Shown here: positions 1-9,340 of the stretch, one piece after another
How positions within the stretch are numbered: the first letter of the stretch is position 1
Layout of the letters: the number at the start of each line of letters is the position of its first letter
DNA from: a virus
Taxonomy: Duplodnaviria > Caudoviricetes
Virus record (IMG/VR): IMGVR_UViG_3300037501_000255
DNA: 64,000 nucleotides
Strand: one strand, 5' to 3'
Program-made: the position numbers and the translations under genes
Notes under the pieces: model-generated
Seen by the model: the letters and a program-made list of their open reading frames with translations, nothing else
What the model was told of the DNA's origin: nothing
Database searches by the model: none

Positions 1-245
1 GAGATATGCTTAGTTCGCTTAGTGCGTTTTTTAGATGAGGCTCTCGTTCTGCTAGGGATGAAATCAGTTTCTCTATTGACATCGTATGTGTGGTATGACC
101 TATGAATCTGCGAGCAGAAATGCTCGTAGATTTCCGGTCCAAGTGCCGCATATTGTGCATGCAGCAGCGCTCTCTCTGCCGGAGAGAGGTACGGGATGGA
201 GTGTGCTGCTTTGATTGCCAGAATGGCGTTGGTCAGAAATGTCAT
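1..245 (-). CDS. hypothetical protein, runs off window edge
   Basis: ATG at 245 after GGGAGG; open to position 1 (manual translation). Confidence 0.4.
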   Translation of the reverse strand, partial: MTFLTNAILAIKAAHSIPYLSPAERALLHAQYAALGPEIYEHFCSQIHRSYHTYDVNRETDFIPSRTRASSKKRTKRTKHI

Positions 246-289
246 CACCCTCCCTGTCCAACTATTTAGCTGTGTCAATGTGGAGTTAG

Positions 290-967
290 TTAATTTAATA
301 TCCAGTCTATTGGGGAAATCCCTCGCTCTTCTAAAAGAGCGTTTGTCTTAGAGAAAGGGCGAGACCCAAAGAAGCCTCGGTATGCAGATAGGGGTGATGG
401 GTGGGGCGCGGTCAGCACGCAGTGCTTAGTTGCATCTATAAGTGGGATGGCCGACGCCGCATGTTTCCCCCACAGTATAAATACTATGTCCCTCAAATCG
501 GAGCTAACTTTGGCTATGGTGGCTGCTGTGAGTTTTTCCCAGCCCTGCCCAGCATGCGACATCGGAGAGTGTTCTCTGACGGTCAGAGTAGCATTTAGGA
601 GTAGTACTCCTTCTCGCGCCCATTTTGTCAAATCTCCGCTGGGAGGCTTAGGTACATTGAGGTCGCTACAGTATTCTTTGTATATGTTTTCTAGGGAGGG
701 GGGGATTTGTTGTCCTGCCGGCACGGAGAATGCTAACCCCATTGCTTGACCTGGTCCGTGGTATGGGTCTTGGCCATATATTACGGCTTTAATTCCAGAT
801 AAGGGCGTGAGCTTGAATGCTGCCAGGGTTTGCTCTGGTGGAGGGTAGACAATGTATTGCGAGCGCTCCTGTTTAACAAATGCCTTGAGAGCTCTCCCGT
901 ATTCAGAGCTCATCTGGTCCTCTAAAAAGGATTTCCATCCATCATCCAGCATCAGGGCTCCATTCAA
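290..967 (-). CDS. ung: uracil-DNA glycosylase, family 1
   Basis: GQDPYH, PPSLENIYKE, GVLLLN and HPSPLSAYRGF motifs. Confidence 0.97.
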   Translation of the reverse strand: MNGALMLDDGWKSFLEDQMSSEYGRALKAFVKQERSQYIVYPPPEQTLAAFKLTPLSGIKAVIYGQDPYHGPGQAMGLAFSVPAGQQIPPSLENIYKEYCSDLNVPKPPSGDLTKWAREGVLLLNATLTVREHSPMSHAGQGWEKLTAATIAKVSSDLRDIVFILWGKHAASAIPLIDATKHCVLTAPHPSPLSAYRGFFGSRPFSKTNALLEERGISPIDWILN

Positions 968-1337
968 CTTTAGAATCTACAGGATTACTAAGATTCCAAA
1001 TTGCAAGGATTGAGCTCCACGGAATGGTTACATGCGACGGTACTTGCTGAAATGACAGGGTTCCACTAATGCCCGAATCATTTATAACCAAGTCTGGAAT
1101 TGCAAACTTCCAGCTCCAGTTAAGGCTTACTTGGGGACTTGCTACTTCGGCCGGGAGTATAACACCGGCTGCATTTCCATCTATAACAGTCCTTACCATG
1201 CCCGCCTCCATAAGCTCTAGAAATGCGGCCTTGCGGTCGCTGTATTGAGTTTGCGTGGTGGGTTCGGGTACTTGCGCCTGCGGGGAATTTAGGCGTTTCT
1301 TATTTTTGAAGTCAATGTAAATTACGTTATTCATCAT
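942..1337 (-). CDS. sspB: SspB-like ClpXP adaptor (deltaproteobacterial/myxobacterial type)
   Basis: LNWSWKFAIPDL..GISGTLSF..VTIPWSSILAI resembles the SspB fold signature. Confidence 0.72.
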   Translation of the reverse strand: MMNNVIYIDFKNKKRLNSPQAQVPEPTTQTQYSDRKAAFLELMEAGMVRTVIDGNAAGVILPAEVASPQVSLNWSWKFAIPDLVINDSGISGTLSFQQVPSHVTIPWSSILAIWNLSNPVDSKVEWSPDAG

Positions 1338-1474
1338 CCTGGTGATCGTCTACATGACTGCTTTTGGGAGCAAACTTTATTGCATATTTGAAAAGCAGGT
1401 GAGAGAGTGCTTTTTCTGCGGAAATTAGGGCTAACGGAGTGGCAATAGCTCCTGCAAGCACGTACAGTCCTCCC

Positions 1475-1990
1475 TTAAGACTTCTTATCATGTTTAGACC
1501 TCACTATGACGAAAATTTCTCTGCGCTCGGATGTTAGACTTGTTTCTGTTACTGACATTTCTTTAATTTCTGCCAGTATAGAATCCAAGAGTTTTATTCC
1601 AAGATCTTGGTGAGCATTTTCGCGTCCGTGAAATTTAATAACTATTTTAACCTTGCATCCGTCTGTAAGAAATTCTTTAATCTTGCCCAACTTAACGTCG
1701 AGGTCGTGTTTCTCGATGTTAACGCCTAGCTTAACTTCTTTAAGAACCACCACATGCTGCTTCTTCCTAGCTTCCTTCTCTGCCTGCTTTTGACGATACT
1801 TGAAGCGGCCGTGGTCCATAATTTTTGCCACGGGCGGTTTCGCCTGCGGTGAGATATTGACTAGGTCAAGTCCTTTCTCGTTTGCAATTCTGATGGCATC
1901 CTGAAGTTTGTAAATTCCGAGCTGCGGTCCGTCTTCAATAGTAAGACGAACCTCGTAATTATGCCTGGGGTTGAAACCAATTAGTGCCAC
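1475..1990 (-). CDS. infC: translation initiation factor IF-3
   Basis: GLDLVNISPQAKPPVAKIMDHGRFKY and KEVKL..IEKHDL..K motifs. Confidence 0.97.
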   Translation of the reverse strand: MALIGFNPRHNYEVRLTIEDGPQLGIYKLQDAIRIANEKGLDLVNISPQAKPPVAKIMDHGRFKYRQKQAEKEARKKQHVVVLKEVKLGVNIEKHDLDVKLGKIKEFLTDGCKVKIVIKFHGRENAHQDLGIKLLDSILAEIKEMSVTETSLTSERREIFVIVRSKHDKKS

Positions 1991-2308
1991 TTATCCCGTC
2001 TCCTTAGAAAGTGCATCATGTACTTGAGAAAGGGACTGCTCTAGAGAAGGGAGGGCGCTCTCTCCGCCAATAAACACCAACATGTCTTTTAGTGATTCAT
2101 GCAAAACATCCATGCTGGGCGCACCGTTGGCCAAACTTGAACTCATTTTCTCAATTATTTTTTGAGCTTGCATATTTGCAGCAGCAAGCTCGTCGTAAGA
2201 ACATAGTCCTTTTTTAACTAAAATATGCTGTAGTGCCATACAAGTTGCGGCAATTCCGGCATTATTTGAAACGCTTCCTAAATCTTCCACGCATTCTTCT
2301 CCATTCAT
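1991..2308 (-). CDS. hypothetical protein
   Basis: ATG-started ORF abutting infC. Confidence 0.6.
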   Translation of the reverse strand: MNGEECVEDLGSVSNNAGIAATCMALQHILVKKGLCSYDELAAANMQAQKIIEKMSSSLANGAPSMDVLHESLKDMLVFIGGESALPSLEQSLSQVHDALSKETG

Positions 2309-2376
2309 CTCTTATGATATATGTCACTAGTAGCACGTGTGGTAATGTGCTGACTACAACGACGAGACAGTAGACT

Positions 2377-2886
2377 TTAAAAGCTAAGTCCAGCGACACG
2401 CTCGTCCGGCCTCCCGCGAAACTCCCAGTGCCACGGTTCATTTCTCATTGGTCGAGAGAAGCCGTATTCGTGGGCGTGGAGTCTCAGCCATCGACACACC
2501 TTGGTCTCAAAGCGCTTTCTCCCAACCCGCTTGGTGCAACCAGCAACATCAATTGCGCGCCCCTCTTGGTGGGGGCTTAATCCTGGGGGACTTGCCAACC
2601 GACGGTTTTTTCTAAAAAGGGAGATCTGCTGTTCCATTGTCCTGTGTGCGTAATTCAATCTGATATCTACTCCGGAGGCGGCCATATCCAAACGCATTTG
2701 AATAAATGCTTCCGCGGCTTCCCTCTCTAAAACTAAGGGCTTGCCATCACCGTCACTCCCGCCAAGGTGAATCACCTCAAGTACTATTGGCGTGCCATGA
2801 GAGCACCCTTCGACATATCGATATTGTAATGTCTCTGTAGGTGCTGGATGCACGTATAACTGTAACAGTAGAAGAGCTACATTCAT
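2377..2886 (-). CDS. M15B (VanY-like) D-Ala-D-Ala carboxypeptidase; possible cell-wall hydrolase
   Basis: SPHQEGRAID (SxHxxxxAxD) and EPWHW Zn motifs; hydrophobic N-terminus. Confidence 0.85.
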   Translation of the reverse strand: MNVALLLLQLYVHPAPTETLQYRYVEGCSHGTPIVLEVIHLGGSDGDGKPLVLEREAAEAFIQMRLDMAASGVDIRLNYAHRTMEQQISLFRKNRRLASPPGLSPHQEGRAIDVAGCTKRVGRKRFETKVCRWLRLHAHEYGFSRPMRNEPWHWEFRGRPDERVAGLSF

Positions 2887-3272
2887 AGAAGACTCAGTCC
2901 GCCAGTTATCTTATCTATTTCTATAGATAGGGCGGGGCCTACCGCACAGCAGGTATAGGTCGGCTCTTTAAATTCAGTTCTGCCCTGATCCAGTATCAGG
3001 GAAGTGTGCAGCTTAGCTGCCTGCGCTGCTTTGTATATTTTGAAGAGCTCTTCTTCGCTACTGCAGCCTACAACAATCTTAGTCGCTCCAGCCTTGAGCC
3101 ATTCAATGTCTGGTGGCTCGAGCGATATACTTACGTACCTATCGGCGCCGTTGACGGAATCTAAGAATGAGTTTAATACCGCATGGGCTACCTGCGCAGC
3201 AAGTTTGCCCTTCCTCATATTCAGATCTTTTCTTACAACAATAACTTGCTTATAAGCATATGGCGCATGCAT
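2883..3272 (-). CDS. pth2: peptidyl-tRNA hydrolase Pth2 (archaeal/eukaryotic type)
   Basis: KQVIVVRKDLNMRKGKLAAQVAHA, DQGRTE, AVGP. Confidence 0.93.
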   Translation of the reverse strand: MHAPYAYKQVIVVRKDLNMRKGKLAAQVAHAVLNSFLDSVNGADRYVSISLEPPDIEWLKAGATKIVVGCSSEEELFKIYKAAQAAKLHTSLILDQGRTEFKEPTYTCCAVGPALSIEIDKITGGLSLL

Positions 3273-3274
3273 AC

Positions 3275-3559
3275 TTATCTCATCCTAGAGAATATCTCTA
3301 TCACAATTGACAAGAGCTCTTCGTGCTGAACTTGAGCTTTCGCATACTCCAAAAGTTCTAAGTACTCTTCTTCTGATAGGCTGCGTACAATTTGTATGTA
3401 CTTTGGTAGCTGGCCCATCAAACGTATAAGCTCTAGATTACTAGATGCAGATTTGTCTAGCGTATCAAAAAAAGCTATTAACTCACTGCTTGGCATTTGT
3501 CGTTGCCGGATGTGCCTTATTGAGGATTTTAACAGCCTCAGCAAGATGGTTGATTGCAT
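3275..3559 (-). CDS. hypothetical protein
   Basis: ATG ORF tightly packed in minus-strand run. Confidence 0.55.
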   Translation of the reverse strand: MQSTILLRLLKSSIRHIRQRQMPSSELIAFFDTLDKSASSNLELIRLMGQLPKYIQIVRSLSEEEYLELLEYAKAQVQHEELLSIVIEIFSRMR

Positions 3560-3761
3560 TCTGAATATCTCTGGCAGCTATTGGCACGGGAGCGCCGGCA
3601 AGAGTCTCGCTCCAGCCTTGGAAGCTCATTTCAGGATCGCTTTTACGATTAAGATAAAATGATGCTATTATATCATCCCTTATCCTAGCTAGTGGTAGGC
3701 ACAGTTCGTCCACAGAACTTAGAATATCTCCTAGTTCCTTGGTCGTTTCAGTATTTGACAT
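3483..3761 (-). CDS. hypothetical protein
   Basis: ATG at 3761 after GGAG; 3' end may be frameshift-extended. Confidence 0.5.
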   Translation of the reverse strand: MSNTETTKELGDILSSVDELCLPLARIRDDIIASFYLNRKSDPEMSFQGWSETLAGAPVPIAARDIQNAINHLAEAVKILNKAHPATTNAKQ

Positions 3762-3796
3762 TACTTTTCTTTGCACATATTCTCCTGTATTTGTGC

Positions 3797-3886
3797 TGGC
3801 GGAGAGAGGGGGATTCGAACCTCCACCACCCTTTCGGGAGGCTGGTTTAGCAAACCAGTGTAGCGCTCCAACTCTACCGTCTCTCC
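3797..3886 (-). tRNA. tRNA-Ser(GCT)
   Basis: CTGGT-TTGCTAA-ACCAG anticodon arm, long variable arm, TTCGAAT T-loop, GCCA end. Confidence 0.95.
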
Positions 3887-3891
3887 ATATC

Positions 3892-3980
3892 TGGCGGAAA
3901 CTGTGAGAATCGAACTCACGAAGGCGGTTGGGCCCCAGCCGCTTTCAAGGCGGTTTCCTCGTCCATGCCGGTCAACTTCC
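3892..3980 (-). tRNA. tRNA-Ser(TGA)
   Basis: CCGC-CTTGAAA-GCGG, variable arm, GCCA end. Confidence 0.93.
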
Positions 3981-3983
3981 GTG

Positions 3984-4076
3984 TGGCGGATGAGGGGAGG
4001 CTCGAACTCCCGTGACCCTTTAGAGGTCAACTACCTTTCCAGGGTAGCCCAGCAACCCGACATCTGGCTCCCATCC
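3984..4076 (-). tRNA. tRNA-Ser(GGA)
   Basis: CTACC-CTGGAAA-GGTAG, variable arm, GCCA end. Confidence 0.93.
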
Positions 4077-4080
4077 ATAC

Positions 4081-4287
4081 CTACGCTACACTAACGAATC
4101 TTGGCACCTGCTTGCCGTCGACTTCAACCAATTGCTCCCACATTTATATCGGCCTAATCCAGATCTGGCGCTCACCATATTCGGCTTGATATACAACCAT
4201 TTCTTGAAGAGTTTCTGAACTCTTTCCCACGGCCAGGAGCGTATATAATCTACCTGATTTACTGTGTCGCCACTGTCCTAACTTCAT
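4081..4287 (-). CDS. DUF1653-like protein with in-frame TAA at 4144-4146
   Basis: Manual translation MKLGQWRHSKSGRLY..SETLQEMVVYQAEYGERQIWIRPI*MWEQLVEVDGKQVPRF; family pattern continues past the stop. Confidence 0.75.
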
Positions 4288-4300
4288 TGTTTTTTCACCT

Positions 4301-4395
4301 TGGAGGAAGCGCCGAGGCTCGAACTCGGGCCAGCCGTTTGAGCTGGAGTAGTTTTCGAAACTACTGGGGCAAAGCCAACATCCCGCCTCGCTTCC
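4301..4395 (-). tRNA. tRNA-Ser(CGA)
   Basis: GTAGT-TTCGAAA-ACTAC, variable arm, CCA end. Confidence 0.92.
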
Positions 4396-4425
4396 ATATA
4401 CGCATACTTAAATAGTTATACATTC

Positions 4426-4869
4426 TTGGAGGGTGGCATGAGTGATTTTGGTATTAGTGATAAAGAGATGTCTTTTCTGACCGGCGGCCAATCTATGAAA
4501 GTTCGTTCGGTACCTCTTAAAATCAGAGGAACGGTGTTCGCCGAGTCTGGTGAGTTAATGCATGCTATACGCACATATTTTACTGAAGAGGATTGTCAGG
4601 AAGTGCTGCGGCAGCTGCAGGCTTCTGGTATGCTGAGCGGCGAAGAGGTCGCACAAGCTCAGCAAAGAGCTGCTGCGTTTCCAGCAACTGCGACCGAGCC
4701 TGCCGTGCAGAGAGCTGCGGTAATAGCCGTGGGTATGGTTGCGAAAAAGGGTGCACTGTCTCCACTTAAGGTTGCATCTCTTGCGAGAATTGCCAATGCC
4801 CTAGATAGAGCAGGTCATTTCGAATTAGCCGACAAAATCGACAACCTATTATCAGAATTGCAGGGTTAG
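4426..4869 (+). CDS. hypothetical protein carrying the shared LxxxANxLDxxG-ADxxD motif (C-terminal)
   Basis: GGAGG RBS; LARIANALDRAGHFELADKIDNLL. Confidence 0.75.
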   Translation: MEGGMSDFGISDKEMSFLTGGQSMKVRSVPLKIRGTVFAESGELMHAIRTYFTEEDCQEVLRQLQASGMLSGEEVAQAQQRAAAFPATATEPAVQRAAVIAVGMVAKKGALSPLKVASLARIANALDRAGHFELADKIDNLLSELQG

Positions 4870-5506
4870 TCGTCCAGAATTAAATCATACCCGTAGCCGA
4901 CGGCCGAATGAGCTTCGAGCGCAAGATGAATTGTTGCCTCAACATCTGATAGATGGTACTGATTCTCAATACTATTGTAAGTATATTCTATTTCCAATTT
5001 TTGCAAAAAGTCACGCAGTATGAGTGCCTTATATCGTAAGGTCGAGTAGTTCTTTGTTGTAATTCCAGCATGTGCCTCTCTGTGACAGTTTGGGCAAGGC
5101 AGGCATAAATTATTATGCTCGTCGTTCCCACCCTGTTTTTTTGGAATGATGTGACGAATATCACATGCAGCTCTGTTCCACTTACAATTACTGCATCCGA
5201 CGCACAGTCTTGTTAAAATCTTCGAAACTGTGCGCTTGCTTAGTTCTAAAATGGACCGCGAGGCTCCTTTCTAAACTTTCCTCTTGTGTGCTGTATAGCA
5301 TTTTTTAAGCTTTCCTCGCTGGTTGTCGGACTTCCAACCAATGCAGCTCTTTGCTTGAGCGATGCGCTTATCTTCTCTTTGGTGCTGTCCGATACCGCTC
5401 TTCTTCTGTTGTTAAACACTGTAGAACATTTTATGCTGCAAAACTTAGCTCTATAATCCTTAGCGTTGAATTGTACCTGGCATTGCTGACATATTTTATT
5501 TTCCAC
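4866..5506 (-). CDS. HNH endonuclease with N-terminal Zn finger, frameshifted near 5255
   Basis: CQQC..FCSIKC N-terminus; second frame reads CSNCKWNRAACDIRHIIPKKQGGNDEHNNL..CPNCHREAH. Confidence 0.75.
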
Positions 5507-5554
5507 AGGTCCCCCACAAATAGTGGAGTTCTATTTGTGGACTGAGTCTGACTG

Positions 5555-5641
5555 TGGTGCGCAGTGAGGGAGTCGAACCCCCGTAGTCCAAAGATTCCGC
5601 TTTACAGGCGGATGCCACCAACCGACAGTGACCTACTGCGC
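5555..5641 (-). tRNA. tRNA-Tyr(GTA)
   Basis: TCCGC-CTGTAAA-GCGGA, variable arm, ACCA end. Confidence 0.92.
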
Positions 5642-5708
5642 ATAGCTGCCGTCTCTCCAGCTGTCTACACCAATTCTCCAGTATAGGTGCTCATACCTGG
5701 CGGCTATG
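5642..5708 (-). ncRNA. candidate structured RNA between Ro60 and tRNA-Tyr
   Basis: ATAGC/GCTAT closing helix, CCAG-GTAT/ATAC-TGG hairpin and GCTG-GAGAGA-CGGC hairpin. Confidence 0.45.
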
Positions 5709-5731
5709 GAAATATGTCCGCCATAATTAGT

Positions 5732-7339
5732 TCAGAACTCTCCGCGAGAGAATTCCGCAATGACAGCCGGGGCTGCCGAATCGAATCCAGCTACATCAAG
5801 CATACCGCGATCCGTAGGATCTGCGATCGTGAATGAGCTGGCATTCATACCTACCACAATCAGCCTGGCTGGAATACCCATGCGCTCGCGGTACGAACGT
5901 AGAGCTGTAACCGGCTGCACTCGACCTGCCCACGTTTCATTGTCGGTATAGACAACGAATGTGTCGACAGGCACCTTGGCCTTTTCTGCTGCGATCATTG
6001 GCAGCGCGCAGTCTGTGCCGCCCATCGGGATTACACGCATTTTCTTCATCACGACTTCCAGCGAATCTTGCTTGGCAAGAGGGCAGGAAATGAGACGATC
6101 CGAAAACGCGCTTACCGACACACTCTCTTCTGTACGAAGAGTTGCCATCGCCATTGCCGCTACACCCATGCGTGGGGACATGCCCGGCGAACCGAGAATC
6201 TCTCCTATATCCATGGAGCCTGAAACGTCCAGAGCGATGTGGGTGCGCTTGCCAGATGGCTCAATGAATCCGAATGAAGTGTAGAACAGCTCATTCAGTG
6301 CCTGAGCAACATCCTTGGCTGGAGACCAAGTCAGCTTCCCAAGACGACCCCCACCATTTGTATAGGTGTTGTACGCTGTCAATACGTTGAATGGGTGGAT
6401 GCGCGCGCGCTTAACTGCCTCTGCATTCGACAGCTTGGCAATTACTCGCTTCGCTGCATCGTTACCATTTACCAGCAACCCGTACGCTGTCATACGACCG
6501 AGGTTACGGATGAGGGCATTTAGCGGCATTTTATCAAGAAGAGCATCCCAAACTTCCGGAGAAGTCTGAAGGTTCGTCGGAATGTGCTCGTGCACCAGAC
6601 CGAACTCGCGAATCAGGGGAATGACACTCTTCGCGTCGGGAGCCAACTTAGCCGCTTCAATTGCCAGCAACTTGTTGAAGGCACGCTTGTCGCTAACATT
6701 GTCAAGCTCTACCTTGAGTGAACCCTGCGAAGCAATCCACTTGTAGAACGTCGAGCGGTCATCATTTTCTGGCTTTGGGTGCGCGAGACGCAGAACGTCC
6801 CTATGCGACCAACCTTCGCGCTGACCGTACTTGGTTACATGATACACCAAGGAGTCTAGTTCCTTGTCGTTGTACCAAGACGACACTGCATGCCTCATCA
6901 GGCGGCCCCAACCCGAAGTCTTGCCGACTTTCTTGTGGTAGTCCAAGAAAGTGAAGAGCATAGTTGGGGTGCGGCAGATCTTCTGCACGGCATCAAGAGC
7001 TGCCTTCCTCACTTCAACGCTCTCGTGACGAGAGGCGAGGGCGAGGACGAATAGTGTAGGATCTTGTTTGGCTGCCCGACCTTGAGTAGAGATGGTTACC
7101 AATTCTTCTACAACACGCTTGCCTTCACGATTGAGAAGCGCAGTTACTTGCGGACAATCTGCAATGGTAAGATCTGCATTTTGGCTCGCTGTGTACTGCG
7201 CCCTCTCGCTGCCGAGAATGAGGAATCTGCGCAGGTGATCAAAGCTGTCTGTGGAGAATACGACACCGCCCGCGCCGTTACGCACTTGGCGGTCGTCGTA
7301 CATTTGCTGCTGCGTTGCATTTGGATTGATAACTGTCAT
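5732..7339 (-). CDS. rsr: Ro60/Rsr TROVE-vWA RNA-binding protein
   Basis: QVRNGAGGVVF, LRRFLILGSE, KYGQREGWSHRDVLRLAHPK, ALDVSGSM, GGTDCALPM, YTDNETWAG, DVAGFDS. Confidence 0.98.
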   Translation of the reverse strand: MTVINPNATQQQMYDDRQVRNGAGGVVFSTDSFDHLRRFLILGSERAQYTASQNADLTIADCPQVTALLNREGKRVVEELVTISTQGRAAKQDPTLFVLALASRHESVEVRKAALDAVQKICRTPTMLFTFLDYHKKVGKTSGWGRLMRHAVSSWYNDKELDSLVYHVTKYGQREGWSHRDVLRLAHPKPENDDRSTFYKWIASQGSLKVELDNVSDKRAFNKLLAIEAAKLAPDAKSVIPLIREFGLVHEHIPTNLQTSPEVWDALLDKMPLNALIRNLGRMTAYGLLVNGNDAAKRVIAKLSNAEAVKRARIHPFNVLTAYNTYTNGGGRLGKLTWSPAKDVAQALNELFYTSFGFIEPSGKRTHIALDVSGSMDIGEILGSPGMSPRMGVAAMAMATLRTEESVSVSAFSDRLISCPLAKQDSLEVVMKKMRVIPMGGTDCALPMIAAEKAKVPVDTFVVYTDNETWAGRVQPVTALRSYRERMGIPARLIVVGMNASSFTIADPTDRGMLDVAGFDSAAPAVIAEFSRGEF

Positions 7340-7352
7340 ACTGACTCCTTCT

Positions 7353-7415
7353 AGTCGAATGGACCAAAGGTCCGTGTGTGGAAACCGTATACACGGTCCC
7401 GAAGTTGGTTGGACT
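7353..7415 (-). promoter_or_regulatory. structured leader of Ro60 resembling a degenerate Ro-binding helix
   Basis: AGTC-C-AA ... TT-C-GACT closing helix enclosing CCGTGT/ACACGG and GGACC-TTT-GGTCC, directly 5' of the AGAAGGAG RBS. Confidence 0.4.
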
Positions 7416-7428
7416 GTGAATTTTTATA

Positions 7429-7698
7429 TCAGCTGTGGTAAAAGCTGAACCAATCTCCCTGATCGGAGCTGGAATATGCGACTACTTCCCATCCTGCCGA
7501 GCGATATTCGTCAAGCACGGCATTTAGAACCTGCTCGTTCTCTTTAAACAGGAATTCGATTATCCCTCGGCGAATCTTTATCGGAAAAGGTCCGGCATAT
7601 CTGAGGCGTAACTCAGCATCTATTATGCCCCTCGCGCGCGAAATTGCTGCGAGCTGGGCTGCATTTAGCACCGTAAGATCTGCTGGTGTCGTGGCCAT
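7429..7698 (-). CDS. hypothetical protein
   Basis: ATG ORF downstream of terminator/AT-rich region. Confidence 0.6.
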   Translation of the reverse strand: MATTPADLTVLNAAQLAAISRARGIIDAELRLRYAGPFPIKIRRGIIEFLFKENEQVLNAVLDEYRSAGWEVVAYSSSDQGDWFSFYHS

Positions 7699-7723
7699 GT
7701 CACATTATGATTTATTAGTAGGC

Positions 7724-7765
7724 AAAAGAAAATGCCCCACATATAAGTATTTCTATATGTGGGGC
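7724..7765 (-). terminator. intrinsic terminator
   Basis: GCCCCACATATA/TATATGTGGGGC stem followed by ATTTTCTTTT. Confidence 0.75.
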
Positions 7766-7829
7766 TAATAACTTACAATATTAACAATATATAATATAAA
7801 ATGAGTCTGTTATGGGTGACCCGACCCAG

Positions 7830-7879
7830 GTTATTTAGTAACCACCTGATGGATTAGAGGACCATCACCTACAGTGGTG
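7830..7879 (-). repeat. 50-nt structured repeat, copy 1 (copy 2 at 43037-43086)
   Basis: CACCAC-TGT-AGG-TGATGG-T-CCT-CTAAT-CCATCA-GGTGG-TTAC-TAAATAAC. Confidence 0.85.
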
Positions 7880-7885
7880 AATCTC

Positions 7886-8734
7886 TCACTCCTTTGGGAG
7901 TATGCGTGGTAATGGCTCTTGCGTGGTGAAGCCTGCGGCATTAGCGTGACCTCCGCCACCCCAGTGGCGCGCTATTTTACTGCAATCTACTTTACCCGCA
8001 GAGCGGAGAGAGTGGCGATAGGTGCCATCATCTGCACGGTGCCAGATGATGGCGAGCGGGTGGGTCTGGGCTAGTACATTACCGACTTCGCTGTGAAACA
8101 GCGCGGTGTTTACACATGGTACTTGCAAAGTTGGATCATCCAGCATGCATATCGCTGACAAATCTACCATGTAGGCCTTTTCTGCTAGACTCCTAACCTT
8201 GGCATTTTTATACTCAAGAATTGCAGTGCCTTGCACAATAATCTCGCGCATACCCTCTGCGTTAGCAAGGCGATGATTGAATGTCGTGAAATTTTCGAAG
8301 GACGGCTTTACACACTCAAATGCCGTAAGGATTTCTCGAGAGTTGGGGAGCTTCCAATTCCACAAGTCACGATCTTCTATATAATCGATAAGTGGGGGGC
8401 GCGGGGCACTGTGGAAGTGATCCCATGCCATTCCTGCGCCGCTTCTGTTCATATCAAAATGAGCGCCATCGAAATCACACAAATCCTCGTATGCGGATTT
8501 GTGGTGATCCAGGATAAGCAAGCTCTTTGCCCTGAGCTTAATCGCATCAAGTACTTTGCGTGGGTATGAAAAGTCAGCAATGATTACGTGTCTATCATCA
8601 ATTTCGGCGGGAGGCTCGGCGCCATGCAAGGCAGCGTGATAACTGGCCTGCTCACCGAGCGCCTGCCAAATTGCCCATGCCGCCCCGAAACCATCGGAGC
8701 ATTGGGCATGATATATAACGCAGAATTCTTTCAT
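7886..8734 (-). CDS. DHH/DHHA1 phosphoesterase
   Basis: YHAQCSDG, ADFS, LDHH, RSGAG, GGGGHANAAGF. Confidence 0.92.
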   Translation of the reverse strand: MKEFCVIYHAQCSDGFGAAWAIWQALGEQASYHAALHGAEPPAEIDDRHVIIADFSYPRKVLDAIKLRAKSLLILDHHKSAYEDLCDFDGAHFDMNRSGAGMAWDHFHSAPRPPLIDYIEDRDLWNWKLPNSREILTAFECVKPSFENFTTFNHRLANAEGMREIIVQGTAILEYKNAKVRSLAEKAYMVDLSAICMLDDPTLQVPCVNTALFHSEVGNVLAQTHPLAIIWHRADDGTYRHSLRSAGKVDCSKIARHWGGGGHANAAGFTTQEPLPRILPKE

Positions 8735-8742
8735 CTTACCTC

Positions 8743-8769
8743 AAAAAAGAGGGGTCGTCAAGACCCCTC
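8743..8769 (-). terminator. intrinsic terminator after hsp20
   Basis: GAGGGGTC-TTGAC-GACCCCTC-TTTTTT. Confidence 0.8.
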
Positions 8770-8791
8770 CTACTGCAGGGAGCTACTGCTA

Positions 8792-9181
8792 CTACTGAAT
8801 CTTTACTTCAAAAGCGCTCATAGACTCTTTATTTCTCAATGGGACATTAACCACTAAAATCCCATCCTCGCAGGATGCTGCGATAGCCTCCCTGTTTGTT
8901 GATTCAGGTAGGGTAAATCTCCGCTCGAATCTAGAAATAGAGAATTCTTTATACAAAGGCTTTTCATCTGAAGCCTTCTTCTCAGCTGAGACGCGCAACA
9001 TTCCGGCCTCAGCAGATATTTTTATATCAGACTTTGAATAGCCTGGTACAAGCATTCTAATTTCATAACCACCTTGACGCTCCAAAATATTTACTGGCGG
9101 TTGAGTCTTTTGCGGGGACAGGAGATTAAACCCACGCCAAAAGTCCTCAAACGGATCTACATCAGAATATTTTGCCAACAT
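8792..9181 (-). CDS. Hsp20 small heat-shock protein
   Basis: PPVNILE, VPGYSKSDIKI, FERRFTLP, A.C.DGILVVNVP. Confidence 0.95.
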   Translation of the reverse strand: MLAKYSDVDPFEDFWRGFNLLSPQKTQPPVNILERQGGYEIRMLVPGYSKSDIKISAEAGMLRVSAEKKASDEKPLYKEFSISRFERRFTLPESTNREAIAASCEDGILVVNVPLRNKESMSAFEVKIQ

Positions 9182-9340
9182 ACATATCCTCCATTATATT
9201 GGGCTGTCGCCCAGGTATGGAGGTATTGTAAGCAGGGGTGTGGAGGTGTCTAGTGGGCAGGGAGTATATTCCCCCGGGGCCCCATGATCTTATAGATCGC
9301 TTTTTTCGCAAAAAAATTTGAAATCGTAGACATCAGATTT

